A DNA stretch of 64,000 nt, taken from positions 39,992,001 through 40,056,000 of the forward strand of contig CM097885.1 of NCBI GenBank assembly GCA_044892525.1, given 5' to 3'. The DNA is from Schmidtea polychroa. Taxonomy: Eukaryota. The notes below the pieces were generated by a model that saw only the letters and a list, made by a program, of their open reading frames with translations, searched no databases and had not been told where the DNA came from. Both the position numbers and the translations under genes were made by a program. This document shows positions 14,926 to 28,045 of the stretch, one piece after another; position 1 is the stretch's first letter, and the number at the start of each line of letters is the position of its first letter.

Positions 14926-17676
14926 TTAATCCTTAAGAGTATGTTCTCTAAGTATGTGGTAGCTACTCACTACTGCGGCTGTGCAGGCTTTCTGTGACAG
15001 TCCTTTAATTTCAGATTTAGAGAGTCCTATTTTTCTAAGTATCTGGTCGTTGTTAGAGTCCCAGGAGCCAAGGGTGCCAATTACAAGTGCGGAGATGGTG
15101 GTTTTTACTTTATGTGCCTTTTCAATTTGGATAGCCAAGTTGGCATATTTTGCATAGTTATCATTGGTCACCCTTTTAAAGTTTTCTCTCTGTTCGTAGG
15201 GGACTTTGATATCCAGGATGTGGTTGTTGTTGTTCCTCAGGGATCTTATAATGAGGTCAGGTTTGAGCAGAGTGGGTATGCCAAGAGGTGTTATTTCGAT
15301 ATCTAAGTAGAAGTTGAGGTTAAGGAGAAATTCACAGACGGCATCCAAGACACGAGAGTGTTTGTTTCTACGCGCGTTTATCTTTGCTGGACAGTGGTTA
15401 AAGATATGCGCTTGGGTTTCAGGGTGTGAGTTACAATGTCTACATTGTATAGATTTTTTGGATTTAAGTCTCTGGGGCGTAAAGTTTAGTTCTAGGAGGT
15501 TGTTACATGCCCTGATAAGGAAGAAGAATTGGGCATCAGTAAGAATATCAGTTTTTATGAGGTAGCCAGCTGTGGTGCTATTACAAATTGATTTTGCAAT
15601 ATGGCCTTGGTGCGTTAGGAGAGTCCATTTTTCAGCGTGTATGAGGCTAATAATGGAATGAATTTCAGAGGAGATAGTGTTCACATTGTCGTTGTGGAAG
15701 TAATTTATCCTGTCTTTGTATCGGATTTCGAGCTGATATAAGTTGTCTAAGAAGAGGATTTTAGCATGAATTCCATATTTCCGACGGAGTAGGTCAGCAG
15801 ATTTTTTAAATTTTAGGAATATTGAGCGGTGTTGGAATGGTTTTGAAGTATTGCCATTAATCCAGGAAAGAGCTGCTTCAAGATTGCCCTGGCCTCTTGC
15901 TAATGTAAGTTCTGAGAGGATAAGATTGCGGAAGGATGTATCTGTGGAGTTTAGTGCACGAGAGAGGTGTACAATGCCTTGAATTATATATTCATCAATG
16001 GCTGAGGTGAGACCCATCCCGCCCATTTTTAACGAGGCATAAAGAAAGTTATTATTTATTTGGAGTAACCGATCTCCGAGAGCGATTTTTATTAGTTTTC
16101 TGATCTTATTGTCGAAGCCTTTTTGTGGGTCTCTATCTTTTATGATGTTGTTTTTATGGGATTCAAGAATGTTGTGGAGTATTTCACAGTTGCGGAAAGG
16201 GAAGATAAGACGTGAGTGGATAAAGATTTTAAAGGCATTAATTTTCTGGGATGGGTGAAGGTGTGATTTGAGGATTTTCTCAGTATCCTTGAGAGCACAT
16301 TCAAGTGTTTCATCAATATTGTGTCGTTTTTTGAGGGAGAAGTCAACCCCTAGATATCTGTAGAAGTTTGAGTCATCTACCTTAGAAATGATCTCGTTAT
16401 AAAGTTTTATGGGGTGGTAACTTGAGTTATGGTTAAGATGAAAGTAGCCAGATTTAGAGGGTTTAAATTTGAGGTTGGCTAGTGAAGCAAGGCGGATAGT
16501 TTCAAGTAGGGCAGAGTTGATTGAGGGGTAAGAGTCAGATATAAGTACTATGTCGTCAGCGTATGCGAGGATACCTATATTCATTTCTCCTAGGATAAAA
16601 GGGTGAGAGATTAGGATGTTTTTAATAATGAAGTCTATTGAGAGACAAAAGAAAGTCATAGATAGGGGGCATCCTTGTTTTACCCCTTTAAGAATCGGAA
16701 CAGAAGGCGAGGTTTCCCCTTCACAGTCAAAGATGGTGTTAACTTGATCGTACATGTTTTTGATAAGTTGGATGGAGTTTGGGTGAAGGCCCATTTTAGA
16801 TAATGTGTACCAGATAAGGTCATGCGGCAAGGAACCAAAGGCATCCGTGATGTCTAACCATATAATATGTAGGTCAGATTTGTTGCGATTAGAGGCATCT
16901 TTGATAAGTTGAAGGATAAAGTTGTGTTCAGTGCAGCCATCAGGGGCACAAATCGCTTTTTGATTGTTAGAGATAAGATTACCTTCCTTGATCCACCCCA
17001 GGAGTCTATTGTTGAGGAGAGAAGAGAAGATACGATAGATGGTGTTCATGATGGATATAGGTCTCCATGAGCTGGCTTCATGACTAATTTCATTTTTCCC
17101 AGCTTTAAGGATCAGTTTAGTACGGAAGGTTTTCCAAGAGAATGGACATACAGAGTTCCGTTGGATATTGTTGCATATCGATAATATTAGTTCATGATCT
17201 GGCGATATTTTCTTCCAGTTGGCAAGAGTAATAAGGTCGAGACCAGGGGCAGTGTTTTCAAGTTGGGACAGGATGTATTTAATATCATCAAGGTCAAATG
17301 GAGTGGAGGAGTAAGTTTCAGGATATGAGCATTGAAGGTTTATGGAGAAAGTTTGGCAGGTGGCTATGCCTCCTGCAAAGAGTTTTAGAAGGTTTTTCAT
17401 AGTAGGTTTTTGAAAACAGGTTTCATTATTTAATATTTTGCTTATTTCCTCCTTTGGATTAAACGTATACCTATTTCTTTTGACAAATAGTAGTTCATTG
17501 GCATTTTTCCTCACTTTATGGGTGATGTCTGCAGGAATTTTATGGATGTATTTTTTTGGATTAATGTTTTCATTAATTTTATTAATTTGGCAAAGGACTG
17601 ATTCACAGTCTGTTGTATCATTATTTAGATTAATTATAAGGCTACTGATAAATGGACGATATTTTCGCACATTCAC
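14926..17676 (-). CDS. Reverse transcriptase + CCHC knuckle + PD-(D/E)XK restriction-like endonuclease (C-terminal part of a disrupted ORF)
   Basis: TAPGLD, WRPIS, WLDITDAFGS, GVKQGCPLS, YADD, YRYLG; CRHC..ETQAHIFNHC; KPDLII..LDIKVPYE..KY. Confidence 0.92.
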   Translation of the reverse strand: MNVRKYRPFISSLIINLNNDTTDCESVLCQINKINENINPKKYIHKIPADITHKVRKNANELLFVKRNRYTFNPKEEISKILNNETCFQKPTMKNLLKLFAGGIATCQTFSINLQCSYPETYSSTPFDLDDIKYILSQLENTAPGLDLITLANWKKISPDHELILSICNNIQRNSVCPFSWKTFRTKLILKAGKNEISHEASSWRPISIMNTIYRIFSSLLNNRLLGWIKEGNLISNNQKAICAPDGCTEHNFILQLIKDASNRNKSDLHIIWLDITDAFGSLPHDLIWYTLSKMGLHPNSIQLIKNMYDQVNTIFDCEGETSPSVPILKGVKQGCPLSMTFFCLSIDFIIKNILISHPFILGEMNIGILAYADDIVLISDSYPSINSALLETIRLASLANLKFKPSKSGYFHLNHNSSYHPIKLYNEIISKVDDSNFYRYLGVDFSLKKRHNIDETLECALKDTEKILKSHLHPSQKINAFKIFIHSRLIFPFRNCEILHNILESHKNNIIKDRDPQKGFDNKIRKLIKIALGDRLLQINNNFLYASLKMGGMGLTSAIDEYIIQGIVHLSRALNSTDTSFRNLILSELTLARGQGNLEAALSWINGNTSKPFQHRSIFLKFKKSADLLRRKYGIHAKILFLDNLYQLEIRYKDRINYFHNDNVNTISSEIHSIISLIHAEKWTLLTHQGHIAKSICNSTTAGYLIKTDILTDAQFFFLIRACNNLLELNFTPQRLKSKKSIQCRHCNSHPETQAHIFNHCPAKINARRNKHSRVLDAVCEFLLNLNFYLDIEITPLGIPTLLKPDLIIRSLRNNNNHILDIKVPYEQRENFKRVTNDNYAKYANLAIQIEKAHKVKTTISALVIGTLGSWDSNNDQILRKIGLSKSEIKGLSQKACTAAVVSSYHILREHTLKD

Positions 17677-18225
17677 TAGCCATTCTGTTATTTAATATTT
17701 TTTTAATGACAATTTTAATCCTATTAATCATATTCTGGATGTTAGGTGAGGTGATCCTATCATTTTTCATGAGGCATTCAATCATGTGGCATACGAAGAA
17801 GGCTGATTCATTAGGAGTGCTGCATCTAGGATATTCAGGGTATTGAAGATGGATAGTGATAGGAGAGACAATTTACTGTAAGTCTAAGATGGTTTCAAGG
17901 ATACTATTGGCAAGTGAAAGGTGGATAGAAGGGCTTTCATCAGTTGTAGGGTCAATAAGTACTGCCAGCTTTCGACGTTTGTCTAGGAAGAAGAAGAACC
18001 AATTGTCTTTAGCATGACGATCTCGTTCCAATCAGAGAAGTCTTTGAAAGGAAAGCTTTCAAAGAAGGTCTTGAAGTTGTGTTGTATGAGAGCGTTACCT
18101 ATATAGGGGTCCACGAAGATGGTAGTTGGTCTGATGGCGAGGGAAAAGATGAAGGCCTTGATAGAATGCTGTGACCATCATGCAGCCTCCTTAACAATAT
18201 TATTAGTAAATAGGATATTGTCAGG

Positions 18226-18485
18226 TGTAATGTACAGCTATTTTTTGTTAATATTTTAGTGTTCACAATTAGGAATTGTGAATACTAAAATATAAAATGC
18301 CACTATCTGGGAAATCCAGATTTTTTAAAAAACTATATAGCGATAATTTACTATAGTAAATTATCGCTATAGTAAAATTAAAAATAAAAAGAAATCGATA
18401 TGGAAATTGTGATGAGAAATAAAAAAATGAAATGTTTGGATGACAATTCTGTTTAATTTATGAACGTTCGTGAAATCTTTGAAGG
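18226..18485 (+). repeat. Truncated 5' LTR (260 bp)
   Basis: Matches 21622-21881 with two differences seen, then joins pol-like sequence directly. Confidence 0.9.
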
Positions 18486-18554
18486 CCATTCACAATCGCA
18501 GAAGTACAACAGTCAATAATCGGAGCCGACTTCCTAGCAAATTACAACCTAATA

Positions 18555-21383
18555 GTGGACTGCCGAAACAAGAAAATAGTCGAAAACAACAAAACAGACA
18601 AAGAAACAGCCAGGAACACAACATCAAACTTTTCGAAAGTAGACATCGGCGTGATTCAAACAAGTACACCAACTATCAAAACAATTAAAACTATTGAACA
18701 CGTACCAGAAATAGTCACACTACTGGCAAAATACGATAAACTCTGCGAACCAGTAACTTTCGATGGAAATTCAAACCACACTACTGAACACGCAATACTG
18801 ACAAACGGAAACCCAGTCCACTCAAAAGTAAGACCATTGGATCCCAAAAAAATAGAAATCACAAAAAATATATTTAACGAACTGTTGGAAAACAATATAG
18901 TAAAACATTCAAACTCAGAATGGTCTTCAGCACTGATGCTAAAACAAAAAGCTAACGGGGAATGGAGAGCTTGCGGCGATTACAGACTCCTGAACAAAAT
19001 AACAGAGCCAGACAGCTACCCATTACCTATAATAAAAGACATAATAAATCGAATAAACGGCGCAAAATATTTTTCAAAAATTGACCTACATATCATCAGA
19101 TCCCAATTAGAAAAGAGGACATAAAAAAGACAGCAATAACAACACCGATCGGCATGTTCGAATACAACCGCATGCCTTTCGGTCTACGAAACGCCGCAGC
19201 AACTTTCCAACGATTCATGGATCAAACAATGAAAAACAACAAAAACACAATCGCTTATCTGGACGACATCCTAATAACAAGCCTAGACAAAGAAACACAT
19301 CTAAAGGACGTGGAAAAAGTGTTCAAAACGCTGGACAATGCAAAACTAAAAATAAACACTCAAAAGTGCGAATTTATGAAAACGGAAATAAATTTCCTTG
19401 GTCACACGCTAAACGACAAAGGAACACAACCAATAGAAAACAAAATAAACAATATAAAAAATTACAAACTGCCGACAAACACAAGAGAGTTGAGGAGATT
19501 TCTAGGAATGGTAAACTTTTATCATTCTTACATCCCAAACTGCAGTAAATTACTAGCACCACTAAACGATCTTATCAAAACAAAACGGAATGTCACAATA
19601 AACTGGACACAACAAACAACCGACACATTCAATAAAGCCAAAGAAAGCCTATCAACGGCAACCCTACTCGGTTACCCAGATCCAGAACTAGAGTATCAAC
19701 TAACTACAGACTGTTCTGGTTATGCAATGGGCGCAACAATTTTCCAGGAAAATAAATTCGGCAAACAACCACTGGGATTTTTCTCGAAAAAACTAAAATC
19801 ACATCAAACAAGATACTCAACATTCGACAGAGAACTCCTAGCAATACACGAAGCAATCAAACATTTTCAACATTTACTCGAAGGACGAACCTTCAAGATA
19901 TACACGGATCACAAACCGCTAACAAACGCAATAGAAATGAAAAACCCTTCACCAAGGCAGATTAGACAAATCAATTTCATTTCACAATTCAACTGCACAA
20001 TAAACTACGTAGCAGGAAAATCAAACATAGCAGCAGATGCTCTATCCAGAATTGAAAGTGACATAAACGCCCTAGAATTCGAAGAGATAATCGAATTGGA
20101 TCAAATTAAATCCAAACAAAATGAAACAATTAACAAACTCCCCACTAAACACAGTTTGAAACTACAAGAACTCAACGGAGTATGGCACGACGTCTCCAAC
20201 GAAAGCAACAAACGAATATTACTCCCGGAGGAATTCCGACAAAACTGTATCGAAAAGATACACAAGATTAATCACCCGGGAAACAAAGTAACATTCGAGC
20301 TAATACATAACAACTATATATGGCCTAACATGCGGAAAGATATCAAAAACTACGTCAAGAGTTGTCACAGCTGCCAACTAAACAAAACAACAAAAAAACT
20401 CAAAACACAAAAAGTAAACTTCCCAAGCAGCGAAATATTTGAAACAATACACACAGATGTGGTAGGACCATTACCACCAAACGACAACTACAAATACCTC
20501 CTAACAATTATAGACAGGAAATCCAACTGGTTCGAAGTAATCCCAATAAAAGAAATCAGCGCGAAAAATATCTGTGAAATGATCGAATTAAATTGGATAG
20601 CTCGTTATGGCCAACCCAAAACAATCATAACTGATCAAGGCAGACAATTCGAATCAGAAATGTTCAAAATACTGTGCAATAAATACAATATCAAAAGAAA
20701 TCGAACAACAGCTTACAACCCACAATCAAATGGGAAAATTGAACGGTTTCACAGAACATTAAAAGAAAGCATCAGGACAAAAGCCAATGACCAAAGCTGG
20801 TTAAACCAACTTCCAACAATATTAATCGGACTAAGAAATAGCCCAAACTCAACAGATAATGAAAGTCCACCATACAAAATTTTCGGAAAAGCAACAAACT
20901 TGCCATCACTTAAATCAGATACAAACAAAAACACCGAAAACAGCAAACAAATAACAAACAAAAATAGCGAAACCACCGAACAGAAACCAAAAGGAATTTT
21001 AAAAAGAAGACCGGACTCCGAATTAGACGGAAAAATAGTATTAACAACAGAGTTCATCTTAATAAAAAAAACCATTCACAAAAGGATTCGAATCCAAATA
21101 CGAAGGTCCATTCAAACTCCTGGAAATCAACAAGAACGTCGCCACAATAATTAAAAATAACAACAAAATGAAAATAAACATCAGGCGGATAAAACCATAC
21201 CACAAGAAAATAGACCCCCAAAACGACTCACCGAAAGACAAAACACAAACCCAAACACAAACAAAAAAACAACCAATTCACAAAAACATCACATTCAACC
21301 ACAAAAATTCAATCAAAATATTCGACAAAGACACAATACTGGCTCCACTATACAAAAAACGTTACAGCGAATGCTTTAAATAA
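18555..21383 (+). pseudogene. Gypsy pol (RT, RNase H, integrase) with two frameshifts
   Basis: CGDYRLLN, MPFGLRNA, YLDD, TDHKPL, ADALSR, H..H..C..C, DVVGP, TDQGRQF, IERFHR. Frame breaks near 19090 and 21060. Confidence 0.93.
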
Positions 21384-21621
21384 AAACACAAACATACACA
21401 AACAAACAGCGTTAATTGTACAGTTTTATTTTTCTTGTAAATACAAAACAAAATGTAAATTTTTAATTTTATTGAGGTTGTAGATACAAAGAAACAGAAA
21501 CAAAATACATAAAAACATATAAAACATACGAAAAAAAAAAGAAAAAAGGTTATTGAATGTAATTTTTTTACGTTACTTTTTATTGATTCATGTTAACCTC
21601 CGGTTTTAAAGGGGGAAGTTA

Positions 21622-22360
21622 TGTAATGTACAGCTATTTTTTGTTAATATTTTAGTGTTCACAATTAGGAATTGTGAATACTAAAATATAAAAAGCCACT
21701 ATCTGGGAAATCCAGATTTTTTAAAAAACTATATAGCGATAATTTACTATAGTAAATTATCGCTATAGTAAAATTAAAAATAAAAAGAAATCGATATGGA
21801 AATTGTGATGAGAAATAAAAAAATGAAATGTTTGGATGACAATTCTGTTTAAATTATGAACGTTCGTGAAATCTTTGAAGGTTTTTATTTTTTATTATAA
21901 TAAAGTTATAAGAATTAGACATTTTTTAATATTTGTTGTGTAAAATTTATAATCATATTTTATTTGTAATTACAATATCTGCAAACATAACACGCACCCC
22001 GATTGTTCCGACACAAGTTTTAACGGTGACTCTTTCGGGCTCATCAAATTTCTCTTAACACGCATAAGACAATCTTAACTTAACAATTGTTAAATAAAAA
22101 CCTTCAAAGATTTCACGAACGTTCATAAATTAAACAGAATTGTCATCCAAACATTTCATTTTTTTATTTCTCATCACAATTTCCATATCGATTTCTTTTT
22201 ATTTTTAATTTTACTATAGCGATAATTTACTTTAGTAAATTATCGCTATATAGTTTTTTAAAAAATCTGGATTTCCCAGATAGTGGCATTTTATATTTTA
22301 GTATTCACAATTCCTAATTGTGAACACTAAAATATTAACAAAAAATAGCTGTACATTACA
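21622..22360 (+). repeat. 3' LTR (739 bp) consisting of 269-bp inverted arms around a 201-bp spacer
   Basis: Follows the polypurine tract; 21622-21890 is the reverse complement of 22092-22360. Confidence 0.9.
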
Positions 22361-22365
22361 TCAGG

Positions 22366-23712
22366 TATATCCCTATTTATGATTTCATTATTTAAAGGTG
22401 ATAGGATTGCCTCTTGGGTATCCAGAATATCATCAAAAAGGTTATTTTTAATATTAATATTTACGTTATTATTGTGGTCATTATTCACGGGCCTATTAGA
22501 GTTCTCCTTATTGGGGTGATTACCCTCGATATGGTTTTTGGAGTCTTGATATTTTATCCACTCTCCACAGAAGCAATAAATTTTTAAATTGATGTCGAAT
22601 TTTAAATTTTTATGATGTTTTATCATATGTGTATTTATTGTATCTAAAGGTGTGTCGATGTCGAAGGATTGGAAGCACTTATTGCAGTTTTTGTTTAGAT
22701 TGTGGCATAAAAAGCGGTTTGTGGAAGCAATTTTCAGGGTAATAATCTTAAGGAAGTCCTTGCTTACACTACAGTGGTGCTCAAATTGGTCGATGTGGTT
22801 ATATAGGTTTCTAAGGGTGATGGTGTTCAGGGTAGATCTGCTTCCTTCCCCTTTGGGTCTACATTGGTGGCATTCGATCAAAGAGTCGTAGGTTATAGCG
22901 ATGTTATGGATTTCTTGGGCATGCGACCTAATCTTATCAATATCAGTGGCAGAAATGTGTCCACAAAAGGAAATATATTGACATCCACGACACTGTATTT
23001 TGCCCCTCACGTCAAAGTAGTATAAGATTTCATCATTTAGGTCTTTGGACATGGTATCTTTATTTATTTTGGTTTTTGTCGTCTTTATGAGGTCTAAGGT
23101 GGGGGGTTTAAGGGTGTACGTTTTACCTTTAACCTCTAGGCTTTTTTGGAATTTTTTGTCATTCCTGTGGTGGATGGGGGTGGATGTAGTTGCGTACATT
23201 GATTTCCCCTTATCAGATGGTAGAGTGTCTTTCAAATTTATAAGATTTGGTGATTTAAGTTCAGTATTTTCAACAGGTATAAGTCTTTTAGGAATAGGAG
23301 ACGATCTATCTAGGTCAATGATTTCAAAGGAAGAAATGTTGTTAGTTTCCTTTTCTTGCCTAACAAGGGGTAAGGTTGCAGAGTCATCAAGTGGTGAAGG
23401 TCTAATCGAGGGATATAATTTTGGTTCTTCAATTGAGTCAGTAGGTAGTGTACTATTATGTAGGTTAGATTTATCAGGCGAAAGAGCTAAGAGGTTGACA
23501 GAGGAAGGAGCCAAAAGAGGGACATTTGAAATATGAGGTTCATTAGTAAGATATTGATCAGAGTCGCTGCTTGAGATTAAGACGTCGTCACAGTCCGAGT
23601 TAAAAAGATCGCTTGGGTATTCCTCAGGTTTATACGATTTATTAATATTACTCTCACATTCTGATAAAGGGGAGTCAATAGTATCGTCGAAATAGCAACT
23701 ATAGTATCGTGG
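22366..23712 (-). pseudogene. N-terminal part of the non-LTR element ORF with several zinc-finger-like motifs
   Basis: Open frame with CRGC..H..H, CHQC..H..H, CNKC..H..H and CFCG..H..H; cut by the Gypsy TSD. Confidence 0.75.
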
Positions 23713-24157
23713 TTATGAATATTTATGTCATGGGTGCAATGCCACATACATTGGAATGACTATCCGTCATCTCCGTTTTCAAGTTCCTTATCACTATCGA
23801 ATGAAGTAATTGATTAATATTAGTAAACACAATTTTGTGGAAAATTTATTAGAATCTTGTTTCATTTTAACTTTTGTGAGTTTTAAAAGTTTTAAAAAAT
23901 TTCAAAACTTTTATAATTTTAAAAGTTTAAATATAAAAACAGAATTTGGTAAATTTTTAGCGAAATTAATTTTAAAAAAAATTAATGAATTAGTTAATTA
24001 GTTTGTTTATAAAAAGAGCAATTTATATTGATTTAGTTTGATTTCAATTCTACCCGAAGATGACAGTGATTCTGTCGAAATATATTGTAGTAAAATATAT
24101 ATATTGGATTTGGTGCTTTTCGTTAGATTTAAATCGATGCCATTATTTAGCGGTTGT
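23705..24157 (+). mobile_element. 3' fragment of a second Penelope-like element (GIY-YIG remnant plus pseudo-LTR)
   Basis: Translation YEYLCHGCNATYIGMTIRHL at ~23715-23775, later LLESCFI; hammerhead-like motif at ~24050-24090. Confidence 0.75.
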
Positions 24158-24159
24158 TA

Positions 24160-24283
<124 letters not shown>

Positions 24284-25521
24284 GTTATTATTTAAAACTA
24301 ATTTAAAATTAAAATGCTACTTATTTTTATAAGTAATAATAAATAAGTTAATAAAAATTAGTTTTAGTAATCAAAAATACTAATTCCAGTCCTATAGGAA
24401 TGGGTCAAATTTTAATAATATTTAAAAGAAAACGATTAAAAGTCCCATTAAATCCCATTCACATTGAGAACGGAAAGCGCACATCACAAACGCAACCAGT
24501 CAATCAAATCCCGTCTGTATGTGTGTGCGCATTATGAGGGTGGGTGTGTATGTATTGCATCAATTATTAAATGATCAATTATATTAATTTATTTCTGATA
24601 TTATCAGTAAGCTAGAGTTTTTAAAAATCATTTTGATTACTCTAACTACTACTTTAGCGGATGAAAGAAATACGACAGGAGCAGAGCGGAGAAAGCAATG
24701 AAAATAATACACTAGACAATTATATTCGATTCACCCTGTCATTGGGAATGAAAGAAATTGCCAAGGAAATTATTAAAACCGGCTATTGAATGAAACCAAC
24801 AGCCGAGATTACATGGCTCCAGTTGCATAATTGGCTGAACTCTAACCGGAAAATCATTCAAATTATTATGTCACGCAGTTTGATAAAGAATCAAAAATCG
24901 GTTTGGTCACATTAATTGTTTTAGATTTGTGTGCAAATCCAGATCATAAACCAAGACAACTTTTATCAAATAATTACTTTTTAAATTTCTTATTTTCATA
25001 TTAATAAAACAAAACCAATTATTTTTCATCGAAATTTCCGAATTCTACTGTTCGAGTATTGAGGGTGGTATTTGTAATAATTGAAAATTATGAAATTGTT
25101 TTCGACTTCAGTATTATTTTTATTAATTTTTACTCTTGAACTTTCTTTCCAGAATAATCCCCTCTCCCCGGAAAAGAAGTACTCGGGGAAGATTATTCAT
25201 AAAATTGCATGACCTTGAAAGTTTCATTTAAGTAATCACTTGTTAAATTGTTTTTGAAGCACTTTGTGAGATAATAATGTGATTTTGGTATGGTAGCACT
25301 TCAAAAGTACTTCCTACTTTTCATAAGTTTTTGCCACCGGATTCACCTTGTCACTCTAATTTCCACTTCAAACTTACGAATAGAGAATTGATATGAAGTG
25401 GTAAATATAATTAAGTAGAAAATATAATTTATATCCTTTCAAATATTAAAAGAATTGTACTTTATTAGTTTTAGTACATATTATATAATACAAGATATTT
25501 AATAATTATATTTTGTAAGTA

Positions 25522-25719
25522 CCGTATTTTCCCGCATATAACCCGCATACGCAGATAACCGGCACCCTCGTATACCCCGCAGGATTTTAAGTTTTTTGTA
25601 AAAATTACCCAATATAGTAAAATAACCAATAAGTGTAAAAAGGTTTGATATAACCCGCACCCCCCTACGGGCTATGTAAGATTTGGTATGACTCACCGGT
25701 TATATGCGAGAAAATACTG
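25522..25719. mobile_element. Tc1/mariner-type MITE
   Basis: TA-CCGTATTTTCCCGCATATAACC...GGTTATATGCGAGAAAATACTG-TA. Confidence 0.8.
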
Positions 25720-26310
25720 TAATAAATGATTATTAATAATAATAATTACAATAATAATTATTATTATTATTATTATCATAATTATAATGACAAATATTTC
25801 TATTATTAAATAATTTTATTTTCAAAAAAAATTAGAATACGAAAGCAATCGAAACATTAAATAAAAGTTATTAATTAAAACAATTTAAAAAACTCAAAAA
25901 TCAAAGGAAACGTTAAATCACCGTCATCTTCATCAGCCTAAATCAAAAACGGAACTGGAATCAACAATATTGTAAACCAAAAATCCCTTGATTTCTTCAT
26001 CCTCGCTTTCAGAAAATTGTCATTTTCCTATTTGTTCTTTGGAAAATCGACAAAGTAGAACAAATCAATTGTCTCAGGTATACGAAAAGAGTTCGATTAA
26101 TGTTTGTTTTATATCGTAATTTGTTTAAATTGTTGTCAAAATTTCGTCAGTTATTTTTCCAAAATTTTCAAATTCGAGTATTGATGGAAAAATATTTTTT
26201 TCAAAAATTAAATAAAGTGCTACGAAATTAATTTGTGTAAAGGTCGATTTGACTTTTTATGGAATTAGAATTTTGTTTTGTATTTATTAATATTAGTAAT
26301 AACACTAATG

Positions 26311-26469
<159 letters not shown>

Positions 26470-27852
26470 TTTTTTTATCATAGTAATTATAATTATAATT
26501 ATAATTAATAATATAAACATTAAACAGGTTTCAATAATAAAAAACGCCACTGGAAAAGTAAGGCTTTCGAAATATATTGTAAAACGTATGTTTCAGTGTG
26601 CTTTCTAATAATTAAATCATTGCCATGTTTATTTCATTATTCAATTAATAATAAATATTTCAAACGGCAATTGAAATGTTAATATATGTAGCTAGTTATT
26701 ATTATAATTATAATAAAAGTAATTAAAAAATTGTCCATATTGAGTCAATTGCTAATTAATTTCTTTATTAAAACACAAGCAAATAAGGATTTGAAAACTC
26801 CATCAAAAAAAGCTATAAAATGAAATAATTAAATTAATGCAAATTATGAATGACTTGGAAAATTCTAAGGAAACTCGTCGTTGAGATAGTCGATCAGATA
26901 TCCGTTTCGTATGGCTAGTACCAGTAAAATTATCAGGAAATTTACCGTTCAATTCTTTTTTACAAATGATGCTAGATTTTTCTTTGAATCCGGTGATTGA
27001 AAACCTACCATTGTCCATTAGGGAACAGTGGGCAAAACAATACTACAAATGGTATACCTATATATTGTCGTTATTTAATTCAACTTCTGTCTTAGTTTTT
27101 CTATTGCCAATTTTTGATTGACTATCCCCCATTCATTGTGTCCTTCTCAAAGCGTTTCTTCTCTCTTTTTTTCTATAATTGTCAAACTGAAACGAGAATA
27201 CAATTAATTTATTTTTTAAATTTCAGTCGCGGTGTTTTTATCTTTGAATAATTAATTCAATTCCTCAGTTCTACTAATAATTTTTATAAGTAGTCGCAGA
27301 GAAGAATTTAATGTTTTTCAATTTATTTATTTTTTCATATATTACATATTGAACTATGCGGATATGTCGAGGGTAAATGTCTTTAATGATCACAATGGAT
27401 TTCCTGGGAAAGAAAATTGCTCGTAGAGATCTAGTTGGTATAAATTAATCAATTGTGACTGGAGCTGCACTGCTACTGAGGCTGTGTCAATTGTGTTTTC
27501 CAATCAACGTTACTTCGAACATGTCTTTTGTTTGATAAGAAATAGTTGGGATTTCTCCAGCAGGCAGTTGGGACTTTCGTATTGTTTACTTAGATATTCT
27601 CACACTACAAAGAAATATTCTGATTTTTTGAATTACTGTTTATGAAATAACATTTATTTACTCGTTTTTTGTTTTAACTCTTTGGTGTTGGTTGGAATGT
27701 TTTCCCACAATTTAAGACAGTTGATTAGTGAAAACTGTTAGCATCTTTCAGAGAGTTGATCAGTGAGTAAATATGTAATTTCTTCATGTCGTTTTTGCTA
27801 GAGCTGTTTTCGTGTTTATATTAGTTTCACAAAGCTTGATTTTCCTTTTCTA

Positions 27853-28045
<193 letters not shown>

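Larger units (their letters stand above)
18226..22360 (+). mobile_element. Ty3/Gypsy LTR retrotransposon, internally deleted (no gag or PBS)
   Basis: TGTAA...TTACA ends; 5-bp TSD TCAGG at 18221-18225 and 22361-22365; RT-RNaseH-integrase order; polypurine tract AAAGGGGGAAG immediately before the 3' LTR. Confidence 0.95.

Noticed and set aside
18226..22360. DNA transposon or DIRS-like element suggested by long terminal inverted repeats
   Set aside because: It encodes RT, RNase H and a DDE integrase, has a polypurine tract and a 5-bp TSD, and shows no tyrosine recombinase; the inverted ends come from the palindromic LTR.
23045..23536. Antisense ORFs over retroelement and polB genes (also 45448, 47455, 20749)
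   Set aside because: Shadow frames opposite well-supported coding regions, with no motifs.
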